A stretch of DNA of 64,000 bases from Deltaproteobacteria bacterium (GCA_034670305.1 JAXMNT010000017.1:64001-128000), one strand, 5' to 3'. Shown: positions 47,799-56,714, counted from the stretch's first letter. The notes: a model not told the origin generated them from the sequence alone. Numbers and translations are program-made.

Positions 47799-48799
47799 GA
47801 TTGAGGCTCGGTGTCGTCGGCGTCCTCGGTCTCGAACAGATCCTCGATCCGCTGGTCCACGTAGCCCGCGCCCCGCACTCGGAAGACGGCCGGGTCACCG
47901 ATGAAGGTCCCCGTCAGCGCTTCGATCTCGTACTGGTCTCCGTCGTAGACGAACTCCAACTTGGGCCGGATCTCGTACACGCCGGGCACCGCGAAGGTGT
48001 CGTCGGGACAGTAGAGACTCGACGAGAGCGAGGCGCGGCTGCCGCGATTCAGGCGCCGGAAGAAGTCGACGATGGGCACGATGGTGGTGCGTGGCATCGC
48101 GCAGACCACGTCTCCCAAGGGACCCGAGACGAGGAACGACCAGAGGTCGTCGCGCATGTACGCCCGCCCTGCCCCGCGCGCCCGCACGCTGAAGGTGGGC
48201 CCGCCGCGGGTGGTCCGCCCGCTCAACGTTACGGCCAACGCCGGCGCTTCCGTGCCTTCAGCGGTTGCTGGGATCGCTGGGGCGGTCCACGTCATCGAGG
48301 TCCCGGCGACCTTGTTCGGGGGCCGACGCTCGTCGGTGCGCTTCGCGACGTAGCGGGTCCGGCTCCGGGTGCGGAACCCATACTCCACCTCAACGGTTGC
48401 GGACTTCGACTCGAGCGCGCGAAGGGCCCGACCCGTGCAGTACATCCGCAGATCGATCCACTCGCGGTGCGTGGCGCCGTTCGGCATCTCTTCCACGCGG
48501 CTCGGATCGACGCGCCGGGGTGCGTCTGGGTGCACGCATCGAAGGCGCTGACGGCTGCCCTCGGGTCGCACCGTGAGCCGCAGCAGGCGGCGGTCGCGCA
48601 CCACCTCCTGCCGTTCGTTGGAGCGGATCTCGAGCACCCGCCGCCAGTCGCCGTGCCGCACCGGTTCGGTGTGTCCGGCGGGCGCGGCGATGGGACGCAA
48701 CGAGACCGACAAGCGCGGGGTCTCGTAGGTCTGGGCGTGGACAGACGTGGCGACCACAAGGATCGTGAGCGAGGCAGCGACGAGGGATGCGGGCTTCAT
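47795..48799 (-). CDS. Secreted hypothetical protein with two similar beta-rich halves
   Basis: Signal peptide MKPASL...VHA; ATGA overlap with the HD gene. Confidence 0.75.
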   Translation of the reverse strand: MKPASLVAASLTILVVATSVHAQTYETPRLSVSLRPIAAPAGHTEPVRHGDWRRVLEIRSNERQEVVRDRRLLRLTVRPEGSRQRLRCVHPDAPRRVDPSRVEEMPNGATHREWIDLRMYCTGRALRALESKSATVEVEYGFRTRSRTRYVAKRTDERRPPNKVAGTSMTWTAPAIPATAEGTEAPALAVTLSGRTTRGGPTFSVRARGAGRAYMRDDLWSFLVSGPLGDVVCAMPRTTIVPIVDFFRRLNRGSRASLSSSLYCPDDTFAVPGVYEIRPKLEFVYDGDQYEIEALTGTFIGDPAVFRVRGAGYVDQRIEDLFETEDADDTEPQS

Positions 48800-50127
48800 G
48801 AACTGGGCTCCAACAGATCCTGGATGGCATCCAAGACCGGGGTACGAAATCGCGCTGGGAAGATGAGTCGTGTGTTGCGGATCCGTTTGCCGCGCAACTC
48901 GCCGAGCAGGAACGAGTGTTCGGAGAGCGGAGAGATCGGTTGGTGCCGGATCAGCACGAAGAGACCGTCGGCGCCGGGTTTCTCCTCGTACGGAATGTCG
49001 CTCGGCGAATCGAGCACCACCCGCAGCGCGGCCGACGCACCGCCCTTTCCTTCCGCATCCATCGCCCCCGCGACGACGTCGGTGGCCCGCTCGAGGATGA
49101 GCGGCCACCGCGACTGGTCGCTGGGGAGCGGGACCGTCTTCGGCAACCGGCGCGCGCGCAATCGGGACGAGAGCTCCGCCAGCGCGGGGTCGTCGCTTTG
49201 TTCCCAGCGGGCGAAGCAATGGAGCAGCGCCACGTCGTCGAGTTCGAGGTAGTCGCCGAGAGAGACCGGCGCACCCCGCGCCGCACTGATGAGCGCTTGG
49301 GGCGTCGCCTCGGGCACCCCACCGTCCCGCACCAGCTCGCCAACCCGTACGAAGAGCCCGCGGATGAGCGCCTCGGCGGCTCGGGTCGCTTTGTGGTGGT
49401 AGACCTGCTGGAACATGAAGTGCCGCGCGAGGAAGAACCCCTCGATCGGCGGCAGGCCTTTGCGGCCCTCGACCGCGAGCACCCACTCCTCGTGGCCGTC
49501 CACGTCGATCGCGCCGAACGCCAGCGCCCGCAGCAACCAATCGAGATCGTAGAGCCCATACCGCACGCCGGTCATGTGGCTGTCGCGCAGCAGGTAGTCC
49601 GCGCGATCCACATCCAGCGCACCGCTCACCGCCCGCGCCAGGTACGGAATTCGATACGTGCCACCCAGCAGCGAGGTCACCCGCTCCGCCATGCCCGCGG
49701 ACAGCCGCTCGAGCGCCCGGTGCACCTCGGTGCCGGGATCCCGAAGGATGTCGAGCGTCCACGCTTCGTGATGCCGCGCGCCCGGACTGACCTCCTCGAA
49801 CAGATGCGAGAACGGTCCATGCCCGAGATCATGCAGCAACGCGGCGGCCAGTGAGTCCATGCGCGCCTCGTCGTCGAGTCGCAGATCGACTGGCAACGCG
49901 TCCTGGACCTCGTCGATGCGCGCATGCAGCCGCACCATCACGTGCGCCGCCCCGAGCGCATGCGCGAACCGCGAATGTTCCGCCCCCGGAAACACCAGCG
50001 AGGTCAGCCCCAACTGGCGGATGTGCCGCAACCGCTGCACCTCCCGCGTCTCGAGCAGCGCCGCCACCACCCGCTCCGCCGATCCCTCGAACGTGATCAG
50101 TCCATGCACCGGGTCCCGAAGAATCAT
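48796..50127 (-). CDS. HD-domain phosphohydrolase (SAMHD1/YdhJ-like dNTPase family)
   Basis: RDPVHG, QRLR.IRQLG, HSRF.H.LG, LHDLGHGPFSH, LDVDR.DYL.RD, VY.HK. Confidence 0.93.
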   Translation of the reverse strand: MILRDPVHGLITFEGSAERVVAALLETREVQRLRHIRQLGLTSLVFPGAEHSRFAHALGAAHVMVRLHARIDEVQDALPVDLRLDDEARMDSLAAALLHDLGHGPFSHLFEEVSPGARHHEAWTLDILRDPGTEVHRALERLSAGMAERVTSLLGGTYRIPYLARAVSGALDVDRADYLLRDSHMTGVRYGLYDLDWLLRALAFGAIDVDGHEEWVLAVEGRKGLPPIEGFFLARHFMFQQVYHHKATRAAEALIRGLFVRVGELVRDGGVPEATPQALISAARGAPVSLGDYLELDDVALLHCFARWEQSDDPALAELSSRLRARRLPKTVPLPSDQSRWPLILERATDVVAGAMDAEGKGGASAALRVVLDSPSDIPYEEKPGADGLFVLIRHQPISPLSEHSFLLGELRGKRIRNTRLIFPARFRTPVLDAIQDLLEPSS

Positions 50128-50179
50128 TGCGGCCCTCTGTATACTTGAAATCCGCCACCACCCCAGCCCCCCGCTTTGG

Positions 50180-50510
50180 AGTCGGCTTCACGGTCAGCCT
50201 CGGGATGGGCGTCGGCTTCGGCTTCGGCGTCGGCCTCGGCTTCGGGGTTTCGGCTTCGGGGTCGGCTTCGGTCTCGGCTTCGGCGTCGGCTTCGGCGTCG
50301 GCTTCGAGGTCGGCTTCGGCTTCGGGGTCGGCTTCGGGGTCGGCTTCGGGGTCGGCTTCGGGGTCGGCTTCGGGGTCGGCTTCGGGGTCGGCTTCGGGGT
50401 CGGCTTTGGGGTCGGCTTCGGGGTCGGCTTCGGGGTCGGCTTCGGGGTCGGCTTCGGCGTCGGACTCGGCTTCGGCCTCGGGATCGGCTTCGGCTTCGGC
50501 CTCGGACTTC
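50180..50510 (-). repeat. GCCGAA/GCCGACCCCGAA array
   Basis: Direct reading. Confidence 0.95.
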
Positions 50511-50513
50511 TGA

Positions 50514-50660
50514 GCCCGACTCACCCGTGATCACGCCTGACTCACCCATGATCACGCCTGACTCACCCATGATCACGCCTGACTCACCCATGATCACGCC
50601 TGACTCACCCATGATCACGCCTGACTCACCCGTGATCACGCCTGACTCACCCGTGATCAC
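50514..50660. repeat. Seven tandem 21-bp repeats GCC(T/C)GACTCACCC(A/G)TGATCAC
   Basis: Direct reading; 7 x 21 bp. Confidence 0.97.
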
Positions 50661-50684
50661 GGACGATTCCGGCCATTTCCAATC

Positions 50685-50713
50685 TTGACAATCCCGATGG
50701 GGTAACCCATAGA
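50685..50713 (+). promoter_or_regulatory. Candidate sigma70 promoter / Rrf2 operator
   Basis: TTGACA, 17-bp spacer, weak -10 CATAGA, just upstream of rrf2. Confidence 0.45.
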
Positions 50714-50728
50714 ACCCGCAGGCCAGGG

Positions 50729-51178
50729 ATGAAGCTCAGCAACAAGAGTCGATACGGCGTGCGCGCCATGTTCGACATCGCGTTTCACAACGACGGCAAA
50801 CCCACCCAGGTGCGGACCATCGCCGAGCGTCAGGCCATCCCGCCCCGCTTCCTCGAGCAGATCTTCCAGGATTTGAAACGCGCTGGGCTCGTGACCAGCA
50901 AGCGCGGCCCACGCGGCGGGTACGCGCTCTCCCGAGACCCGGACACGATCCACATCGGCGATGTCATTCGGGCGCTCGAAGGCGAGATCCGCCTGACCGG
51001 CGACGAAGCCGCTGGGGGAGACGCGATGAGCCGCGCCATCACCGACGGGGTGTTGACCGAACTCGCGTCACGCATCGACCAAGTGCTCGACGAACTCAGC
51101 CTGCGCGACCTCTGCGAACGCGGCGAATCCGAAGGGGTTCGACGCCGCCCGCCGAGGCGCTACGTGTACAGCATCTGA
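50729..51178 (+). CDS. Rrf2-family regulator (CymR-like, lacks the IscR Cys triad)
   Basis: RYGVRAM.DIA, IAERQ.IP..FLEQIF..LKRAGLV.S.RGP.GGY.L; only one Cys. Confidence 0.93.
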   Translation: MKLSNKSRYGVRAMFDIAFHNDGKPTQVRTIAERQAIPPRFLEQIFQDLKRAGLVTSKRGPRGGYALSRDPDTIHIGDVIRALEGEIRLTGDEAAGGDAMSRAITDGVLTELASRIDQVLDELSLRDLCERGESEGVRRRPPRRYVYSI

Positions 51179-51180
51179 CC

Positions 51181-52212
51181 ATGACCCTCTCCGCCGACAC
51201 CGAAGACACCGACCCTGGCTTGCCGAGGGACACCCTCCCCGATCCCGGCCCGCAAAAGCGCGCCCCCGTGGTCGAGAGCGTGCTCGATCTCATCGGACAG
51301 ACCCCGCTCATTCAGCTGCGCCGTGTGGTCTCGGGCGCGCAGGTCTGGGCGAAGGCCGAACACCTGAACCCCGGCGGTTCGGTGAAGGATCGGATCTGTC
51401 TCGCCATGATCGAGCGGGCCGAACGCGAGGGCATCCTGAAGCCCGGCATGACTGTGGTCGAACCCACCAGCGGCAACACCGGCATCGGCCTCGCGCTCGT
51501 CTGCGCCCGCAAGGGCTACAAGCTCGTGCTCACCATGCCGGCCAGCATGAGCCTCGAGCGGCGCGCTCTGCTCGAAGCCTACGGCGCCGAGATCGTGCTC
51601 ACCGATCCGAAGCGCATCATGGAAGGTGCGCTCGAAGCGGCGGAGAAGATCAAAGGCGAGCGCGGCGCGTTCATGCCGCAGCAGTTCGACAACCCCTCGA
51701 ACCCCGAGGCCCACGCCGAACACACCGCGCGCGAGATCATCGAAGCCTTCGAGGGCGAGACGCTTCACACCTTCGTCGCATCGGTCGGCACCGGCGGCAC
51801 GATCAGCGGCGTCGGCCGCGCGCTCAAAGCGCACTGGCCCGACATCCGCATCGTCGCCGTCGAACCCGAGGCCAGCCCAGTGCTCAGCGGCGGCCAAGCC
51901 GGCCCTTCGAAGATCCAAGGCCTCAACGCTGGGTTCATTCCGAAGAACTTCGACCGCACCCAGGTGGACGAGATCGTCCTCATCAGCGACGCCGACGCGT
52001 GGCGGATGAAAGAGCGGCTCGCGCGCGAAGAAGGCCTCCTCGTCGGGGTGAGCGCCGGCGCCAATGTGCACGTGTCCGCCGCCATCGCCGCCGAGCTGCC
52101 GCCCGAAGCGCACGTCGCCACCGTGTTGTGCGACACCGGCGAGCGCTACTTCAGTCTGGGCGTGCACTTCCAAGATCTCGACGACCCCAAGGGCGCGGAC
52201 CCGGGCGCATGA
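51181..52212 (+). CDS. cysK: Cysteine synthase A
   Basis: NPGGSVKDR, EPTSGNTG, QQFDNP.N, GTGGT, GP.KIQGL, DTGERY.S. Confidence 0.9.
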   Translation: MTLSADTEDTDPGLPRDTLPDPGPQKRAPVVESVLDLIGQTPLIQLRRVVSGAQVWAKAEHLNPGGSVKDRICLAMIERAEREGILKPGMTVVEPTSGNTGIGLALVCARKGYKLVLTMPASMSLERRALLEAYGAEIVLTDPKRIMEGALEAAEKIKGERGAFMPQQFDNPSNPEAHAEHTAREIIEAFEGETLHTFVASVGTGGTISGVGRALKAHWPDIRIVAVEPEASPVLSGGQAGPSKIQGLNAGFIPKNFDRTQVDEIVLISDADAWRMKERLAREEGLLVGVSAGANVHVSAAIAAELPPEAHVATVLCDTGERYFSLGVHFQDLDDPKGADPGA

Positions 52213-52916
52213 CGCGGACGTGGCTCATCGTCGGCGCGGGCGGCCTCGCGTGTGGTGCCGCCCGCGTGCTGCAGTCGGCTTTCCCGTCCGGCGCCTCCCG
52301 TCCTCGGTTCGTGGTCGTCGACGACGACGTCGTGGACGCCACCAACCTGCACCGGCAGACCCTCTACACCGCGTCCGACATCGGTGCGGCCAAAGCCGTA
52401 CTCGCTGCTCGCGCGCTCGGTGGTGAAGCCCGCCGGGAACGCTTTCTGCCGGACAACGCAGCCGCTCTGCTCGAAGGCGTCGATCTGGTGATCGAAGGCG
52501 CGGACAACTACGCGACGAAGTTTCTCGTCGCCGACGCCTGCGCGCTCGCCGGCATCGCGTGTGTGCATGCGGGTGCGGTCGGATGGAACGGCTGGGTGTT
52601 CGGGAGCCGGGGTCACGCGGCCAACCAGCCGTGTCTGCGCTGCGTGTTCGAAGACGTGCCTTCGGGTCCGGTGCAGACCTGCGAGAACGCCGGCGTGGTC
52701 GGTCCGGTCGTCGGTGTCGTCGGCGCGGTGCAAGGCCGCGACGCCCTCTCGGTGCGCCGCGAACCGGCACACCTCTGGAACTACCAGGGCCTGCGTGGCT
52801 CTCTTCGCCGCACCAGCGTACAACCCCGTCCCGACTGTCCTCACGCGCTCGGTTCCATCCGTGCGCTCGACCCCCACCGCTACGTCGCCCCCACCATTCA
52901 CGACGCGTGCAACTAG
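52209..52916 (+). CDS. ThiF/MoeB-family E1-like adenylyltransferase lacking the N-terminal helix
   Basis: Begins at the P-loop strand (IVGAGGL); D.D.V..TNLHRQ, K, DN, PCLRC, TC..AGVVG; no rhodanese domain. Confidence 0.9.
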   Translation: MTRTWLIVGAGGLACGAARVLQSAFPSGASRPRFVVVDDDVVDATNLHRQTLYTASDIGAAKAVLAARALGGEARRERFLPDNAAALLEGVDLVIEGADNYATKFLVADACALAGIACVHAGAVGWNGWVFGSRGHAANQPCLRCVFEDVPSGPVQTCENAGVVGPVVGVVGAVQGRDALSVRREPAHLWNYQGLRGSLRRTSVQPRPDCPHALGSIRALDPHRYVAPTIHDACN

Positions 52917-52942
52917 CCCGCGTCGAGCAACAGGAGACCCCC

Positions 52943-53218
52943 ATGGCCATCACACTTCGAATCCCCCCTGCCCTTCGTTCCCTCACCGGCGGCGACGCCG
53001 AGCTCGCGCTCGAAGGCGCCACGGTCGGCGCCCTCATCGACGCCGCCGAGAGCTCCTTCCCCGGCATCAAGGGACGCGTCTGCTCGGACGACGGAAAGGT
53101 GCTGCGTTTTGTGAACCTCTTCGTCGGCGAAGACGACATTCGCATGCTCGACGGACTCGAGACCCCGCTCAAAGAGGGCGACCAAGTCTCGATCATCCCG
53201 GCCATCGCAGGCGGCTGA
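52943..53218 (+). CDS. Ubiquitin-like sulfur carrier (CysO/MoaD/ThiS family)
   Basis: IP..LR..TGG, FVN.FV..EDIR...GL.TPL..GD.VSIIPAIAGG with C-terminal GG. Confidence 0.95.
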   Translation: MAITLRIPPALRSLTGGDAELALEGATVGALIDAAESSFPGIKGRVCSDDGKVLRFVNLFVGEDDIRMLDGLETPLKEGDQVSIIPAIAGG

Positions 53219-53222
53219 ACGG

Positions 53223-53492
53223 TTGACCCCTGAGGAGCGTCAGCGGTTCGTGCGACCCATGCTCGTTCGAGAGATCGGTGTGGCGGGACAAGAGCGGCTG
53301 CTCTCGGCCACCGTCCGGTTGTCCGGTCGGCCCGGCGACGAGACGGCCGCGCTCTACCTCGAGCGCGCTGGCGTGACGGTCGAAGTCGGAGCGCACATCC
53401 GCGTCGTGGAGTCGCCGGACGAGATCGTCGCCGGTGCGCTTCGCGCGGTCGAACAGATCAAAACCCTCCTCTCCCTCTCGGATCGATCATGA
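53223..53492 (+). CDS. Miniature ThiF/MoeB-like protein (N-terminal helix and interface elements, no P-loop)
   Basis: ERQRFVRPMLVREIGVAGQERL..ATV; AALYLERAGV; GALRAVEQIK.LL. Confidence 0.75.
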   Translation: MTPEERQRFVRPMLVREIGVAGQERLLSATVRLSGRPGDETAALYLERAGVTVEVGAHIRVVESPDEIVAGALRAVEQIKTLLSLSDRS

Positions 53493-54424
53493 GACACGGC
53501 AGACTCTCCAGCGTGTTCGACGCGGTCGGACAGACCCCGATGGTCCGGCTGCGCCGGATCGAACAAGAGACCCCCGGCGTCGAGATCTACCTGAAGCTCG
53601 AGTACATGAATCCGGGCGGTTCGGTGAAAGACCGACCGGCGCGGCAGATGATCCTCGACGCCGTCCAGGACGGCCGGTTCACCTCCGACAAGATCCTCAT
53701 CGACTCGACGAGCGGCAACACCGGCGTGGCCTACAGCCTATACGGCGCCGCGCTCGGGTACCGCGTTGCGCTCGTGATGCCGAGCAACGTCAGCAAGCCC
53801 CGCAAAGACATCACCCAGGCCTACGGGACCGAGCTCATCTTCAGTGATCCGATGCTCGGCAGCGACGGAGCGATCGAGAAGGTGAAGGAGATCGTGGCCG
53901 CGGATCCGGAGCGCTACTTCTACCCGGACCAGTACGCGAACCCCTCGAACCCGCGGGCGCATTACCTGGGCACGGGCGCGGAGATCCTGGACCAGGTCGG
54001 TGACCGCATCACCCACTTCGCCAGCGCGCTCGGCACGAGCGGCACCATGATGGGCACCACCCGCCGGCTGCGCGAACACAGCCGGCCGATCCAGTGCATC
54101 GCGCTCGAACCCGCCGAAGCGCTGCACGGCCTCGAAGGCCTCAAACACATGGCCTCGTCCATCGTGCCGCCCATCTACGACGCCACCACGTTCGATGAGG
54201 TCATGCCGGTGAAGACCGACGACGGCTGGGACATGTCGGAGCGGCTTGCGGCCCAAGAAGGCATCTACGTCGGCCACTCCACCGGGGCCAACGTCGCCGG
54301 CGCGGTCCAGGTCGCGAAGCGGCTCATCGCCCAGGGCGAAGAAGGCTGCGTGGTCACCATCGCGGCCGACCGGGGCGACCGGTACTTCGCCCCCATGAAG
54401 TGGGAGAAACACTATGTCTGGTAG
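53489..54424 (+). CDS. cysM: Cysteine synthase B-like (probably sulfur-carrier dependent)
   Basis: NPGGSVKDRPA, DSTSGNTG, DQY.NP.NP.AHY.GTG.EI, GTSGTMMG; lies between the sulfur carrier and JAMM genes. Confidence 0.8.
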   Translation: MRHGRLSSVFDAVGQTPMVRLRRIEQETPGVEIYLKLEYMNPGGSVKDRPARQMILDAVQDGRFTSDKILIDSTSGNTGVAYSLYGAALGYRVALVMPSNVSKPRKDITQAYGTELIFSDPMLGSDGAIEKVKEIVAADPERYFYPDQYANPSNPRAHYLGTGAEILDQVGDRITHFASALGTSGTMMGTTRRLREHSRPIQCIALEPAEALHGLEGLKHMASSIVPPIYDATTFDEVMPVKTDDGWDMSERLAAQEGIYVGHSTGANVAGAVQVAKRLIAQGEEGCVVTIAADRGDRYFAPMKWEKHYVW

Positions 54425-54453
54425 CCCTGCCCTGCGGTTTTCGGAGCCCCCTC

Positions 54454-54969
54454 ATGCCCGCTGACCACCCTCAGTTTCCAGGGCTGCCCTGGATCGCCGG
54501 CGACCTCGTGGTGTCGCGCGAAGTGATGGACGCGATCGAAGCCCACGCGCTTGCGGCCTATCCGAGCGAGTGCTGCGGCTTCGCGTTTGGTCCGGCGGAC
54601 CAGCCGCTCGTGATCGACGAAGAGATCGAAGTCGAGAACGAAGCCGACAAGTACCACGCGATGGATCCCGAGCAGTTCCCGCGCACGTCCAAGACCTACT
54701 TTCGGCTGAACCCGATGAAGGCGATGCGGACGCTCGACGAAGCGTCGGCCAAGGGGCGTCCGCTCAAGGTCATCTACCACTCGCACTGCGACGCAGGCGC
54801 GTACTTCTCCGGAGAAGACAGCGCGACGTTCGCCCAGGGCGAGATGCTGATGTGGCCGTGCGCGTTCCTCGTCGTCAGCGTCGTCGACGGCGCGGTCAAG
54901 GAACACAAACTCTGGGTGCACGAAGTCGGCACCAACAACTTCGTCGAAGCTCCGATCCGCATAGGCTGA
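54454..54969 (+). CDS. JAMM/MPN+ metallopeptidase (Mec-like)
   Basis: YPSECCG and YHSH.D..AYFS.ED (E..HxH..S..D). Confidence 0.92.
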   Translation: MPADHPQFPGLPWIAGDLVVSREVMDAIEAHALAAYPSECCGFAFGPADQPLVIDEEIEVENEADKYHAMDPEQFPRTSKTYFRLNPMKAMRTLDEASAKGRPLKVIYHSHCDAGAYFSGEDSATFAQGEMLMWPCAFLVVSVVDGAVKEHKLWVHEVGTNNFVEAPIRIG

Positions 54970-55214
54970 GCGAAGCGAAGCCCCCGTGCCCGTGCCCTTG
55001 CCCCTGCCCTCGCCCTCGGTTTGATTGAGGGCGGCGGAAACCAACTCCGAAGCCGACCCCGAAGCCTTGAGCGAAGCGAACCGGCCTTGCCCCTGCCCTT
55101 GCCCCTGCCCTTGCCCTCGGTTTGATTGAGAGCGGTGGCGGAAGTTGCTGCCGTCCAATGCGAAGCCGAGGCCGACGCTGACCCCCGAACCCGACTCCGG
55201 ACCCCGAAGCCGAG
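54967..55214. repeat. Tandem ~100-bp REP-like doublet with GCCCTT/GCCCCT core
   Basis: TGAGCGAAGCGAA...(GCCC(C/T)T)n...CGGTTTGATTGAG at 54967 and 55068. Confidence 0.8.
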
Positions 55215-55895
55215 TCAGTCTCCGCGCCAGCGGCGGTCGGGCCCGATGTCGATGTGGATGAAGCCGCTCACGGGGTAGGTGCCGATGCCGCCGACGTGGA
55301 GGGCTTCGGCTTCTCTTGCCATCTGCCGGGCGCCGACGCCGGGGATGCGGAAGTCGAGTGCCTGACCGAAGGTGTGGCGGCTGGTGCGGGCGACTTGGCG
55401 CCCCTTCTTGCGCAGCATCTCGTTCATCTTGGAGGACCGAAATCCGCTGACCACTTCGATGCGCCGGCTTTCGTGAAGCACGGCGAGCGCGGCAGCCACC
55501 CGAACCGGCGCGCGGGCCATCTCGGTCTCGGCGCCGGTGATGCGGCAGCGGAGGAAGCGAGAGAGGTGCCCGGCCTGCTCGGGGTCGCTTCCGTCTTCGA
55601 GCGTGGCGTGTTGCAGCGGTAGGACCTCGAGGGTGTGCATGTTCACCAGCGTCAGGTCGTAGCGGGTCGTCGTCGGCGAGGCGTTGCTTGGCGCCGACTT
55701 CGAGTCGTCCGAGGGCGGCGCGTTCGGCTCCAGGCGGGGCGTTTGCCAGACCGGCATGGCGTCTTGGTACTCGGCCCAGTCCTCGGCCTCGAGCGCGGGC
55801 GGCGGGGAGAGCGCGAGGGTGTCGTCGGGCGCGAGGACGAAGACGAGCGCGGCGCCGAGCGTCAGGGCGAACGCGAGCTCGAGGACGGTGCGCAC
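55215..55895 (-). CDS. DUF882/YcbK (peptidase M15-like) protein
   Basis: FLRCR.TG, VVSGFRS...N..LR, VA..S.H..GQALDF, GGIG.YP.SGFIHIDIG..R.W. Start uncertain. Confidence 0.88.
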   Translation of the reverse strand: MRTVLELAFALTLGAALVFVLAPDDTLALSPPPALEAEDWAEYQDAMPVWQTPRLEPNAPPSDDSKSAPSNASPTTTRYDLTLVNMHTLEVLPLQHATLEDGSDPEQAGHLSRFLRCRITGAETEMARAPVRVAAALAVLHESRRIEVVSGFRSSKMNEMLRKKGRQVARTSRHTFGQALDFRIPGVGARQMAREAEALHVGGIGTYPVSGFIHIDIGPDRRWRGD

Positions 55896-55941
55896 CTCCA
55901 GGGGGCTAACATGCAGTGATGGTCCAAGCGGAGTTTTCGGG

Positions 55942-56048
55942 ACCGAAGCCGAAGCCGATCCCCGAAACGGATCCCGAAGCCGAAGCGGAAGCCGATCCCG
56001 AAGCCGATCCCAAAGCCGATCCCGTGAGCCGGGCGGACCCGAAGCCGG
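55942..56048 (+). repeat. GCCGAA/GATCCCGAA array
   Basis: Direct reading; in a divergent region. Confidence 0.85.
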
Positions 56049-56094
56049 CGGTTCTTGTTCACGCAGTCGAGCATGGGCGGGTATCGTTGTCGGC

Positions 56095-56526
56095 ATGGCG
56101 GACTACCGGAATCCTTTCCCGACTGTGGACGTGATCGTGGAGGTCGCGGGCGGCATCGTGCTCATCGAGCGGGCGAAGACCCCGAAGGGCTGGGCGCTGC
56201 CCGGAGGGTTCGTGGACTACGGCGAGTGCGTCGAGGACGGAGCCATTCGCGAGGTCATGGAAGAGACCGGGCTCGTGGTGCGGCTCGAAGCGCTGCTCGG
56301 CGTCTACAGCGCGCCCGACCGCGATCCGCGCCAGCACAACCTCTCCGTCGTCTACGTCGGCCAAGCCGAAGGCGAGCCCAAAGGGGGCGACGACGCCGCC
56401 AACGCCGAAGTCTTCCCCATCGACGCCCTCCCCTCCCCCCTCTGTTTCGACCACGCCCAGATCGTCGCCGACTACCGCGCCTACCGCGCCACCGGCAAGA
56501 TCCCCCTCCCCCGCCCCACCCACTAG
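56095..56526 (+). CDS. NUDIX hydrolase (ADP-ribose pyrophosphatase-like)
   Basis: WALPGGFVDYGE..EDGA.REV.EETGL; RDPR.H; FDH. Confidence 0.95.
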   Translation: MADYRNPFPTVDVIVEVAGGIVLIERAKTPKGWALPGGFVDYGECVEDGAIREVMEETGLVVRLEALLGVYSAPDRDPRQHNLSVVYVGQAEGEPKGGDDAANAEVFPIDALPSPLCFDHAQIVADYRAYRATGKIPLPRPTH

Positions 56527-56632
56527 CAGGCTGCGGAAGACGCCCGCAGGGCGTTCTCGCAGCCTGCCCCTTGCCCCTGCCCTCGCCTTTGCCCTTGCCC
56601 GCGGATCAGCGGTCAGATCGCGCGACGAGCAT
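56524..56632. repeat. Second copy of the IS/MITE-like end seen at 46533
   Basis: TAGCAGGCTGCGGAAGACGCCCGCAGGGCGTTCTCGCAGCCTGCCCCTTG...GCGGATCAGCGGTCAGATCGC is near-identical to 46533-46630. Confidence 0.85.
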
Positions 56633-56714
56633 CTGGTCTCGGAGGTGAGCACGGCCTCGCGGGAGCTGCTCGGCGATGAGGTCGCAGGCGTCGAGGGCCT
56701 CGAGCGCTCGTCGA

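Noticed and set aside
50514-50660. Possible CRISPR array
   Set aside because: Units are directly tandem with no unique spacers, and no cas genes are present in the window.
52209-54969. E1/JAB anti-phage system (CBASS Cap2/Cap3 or Bil)
   Set aside because: No E2, CD-NTase or effector; the context of two cysteine synthases and Rrf2 points to sulfur metabolism.
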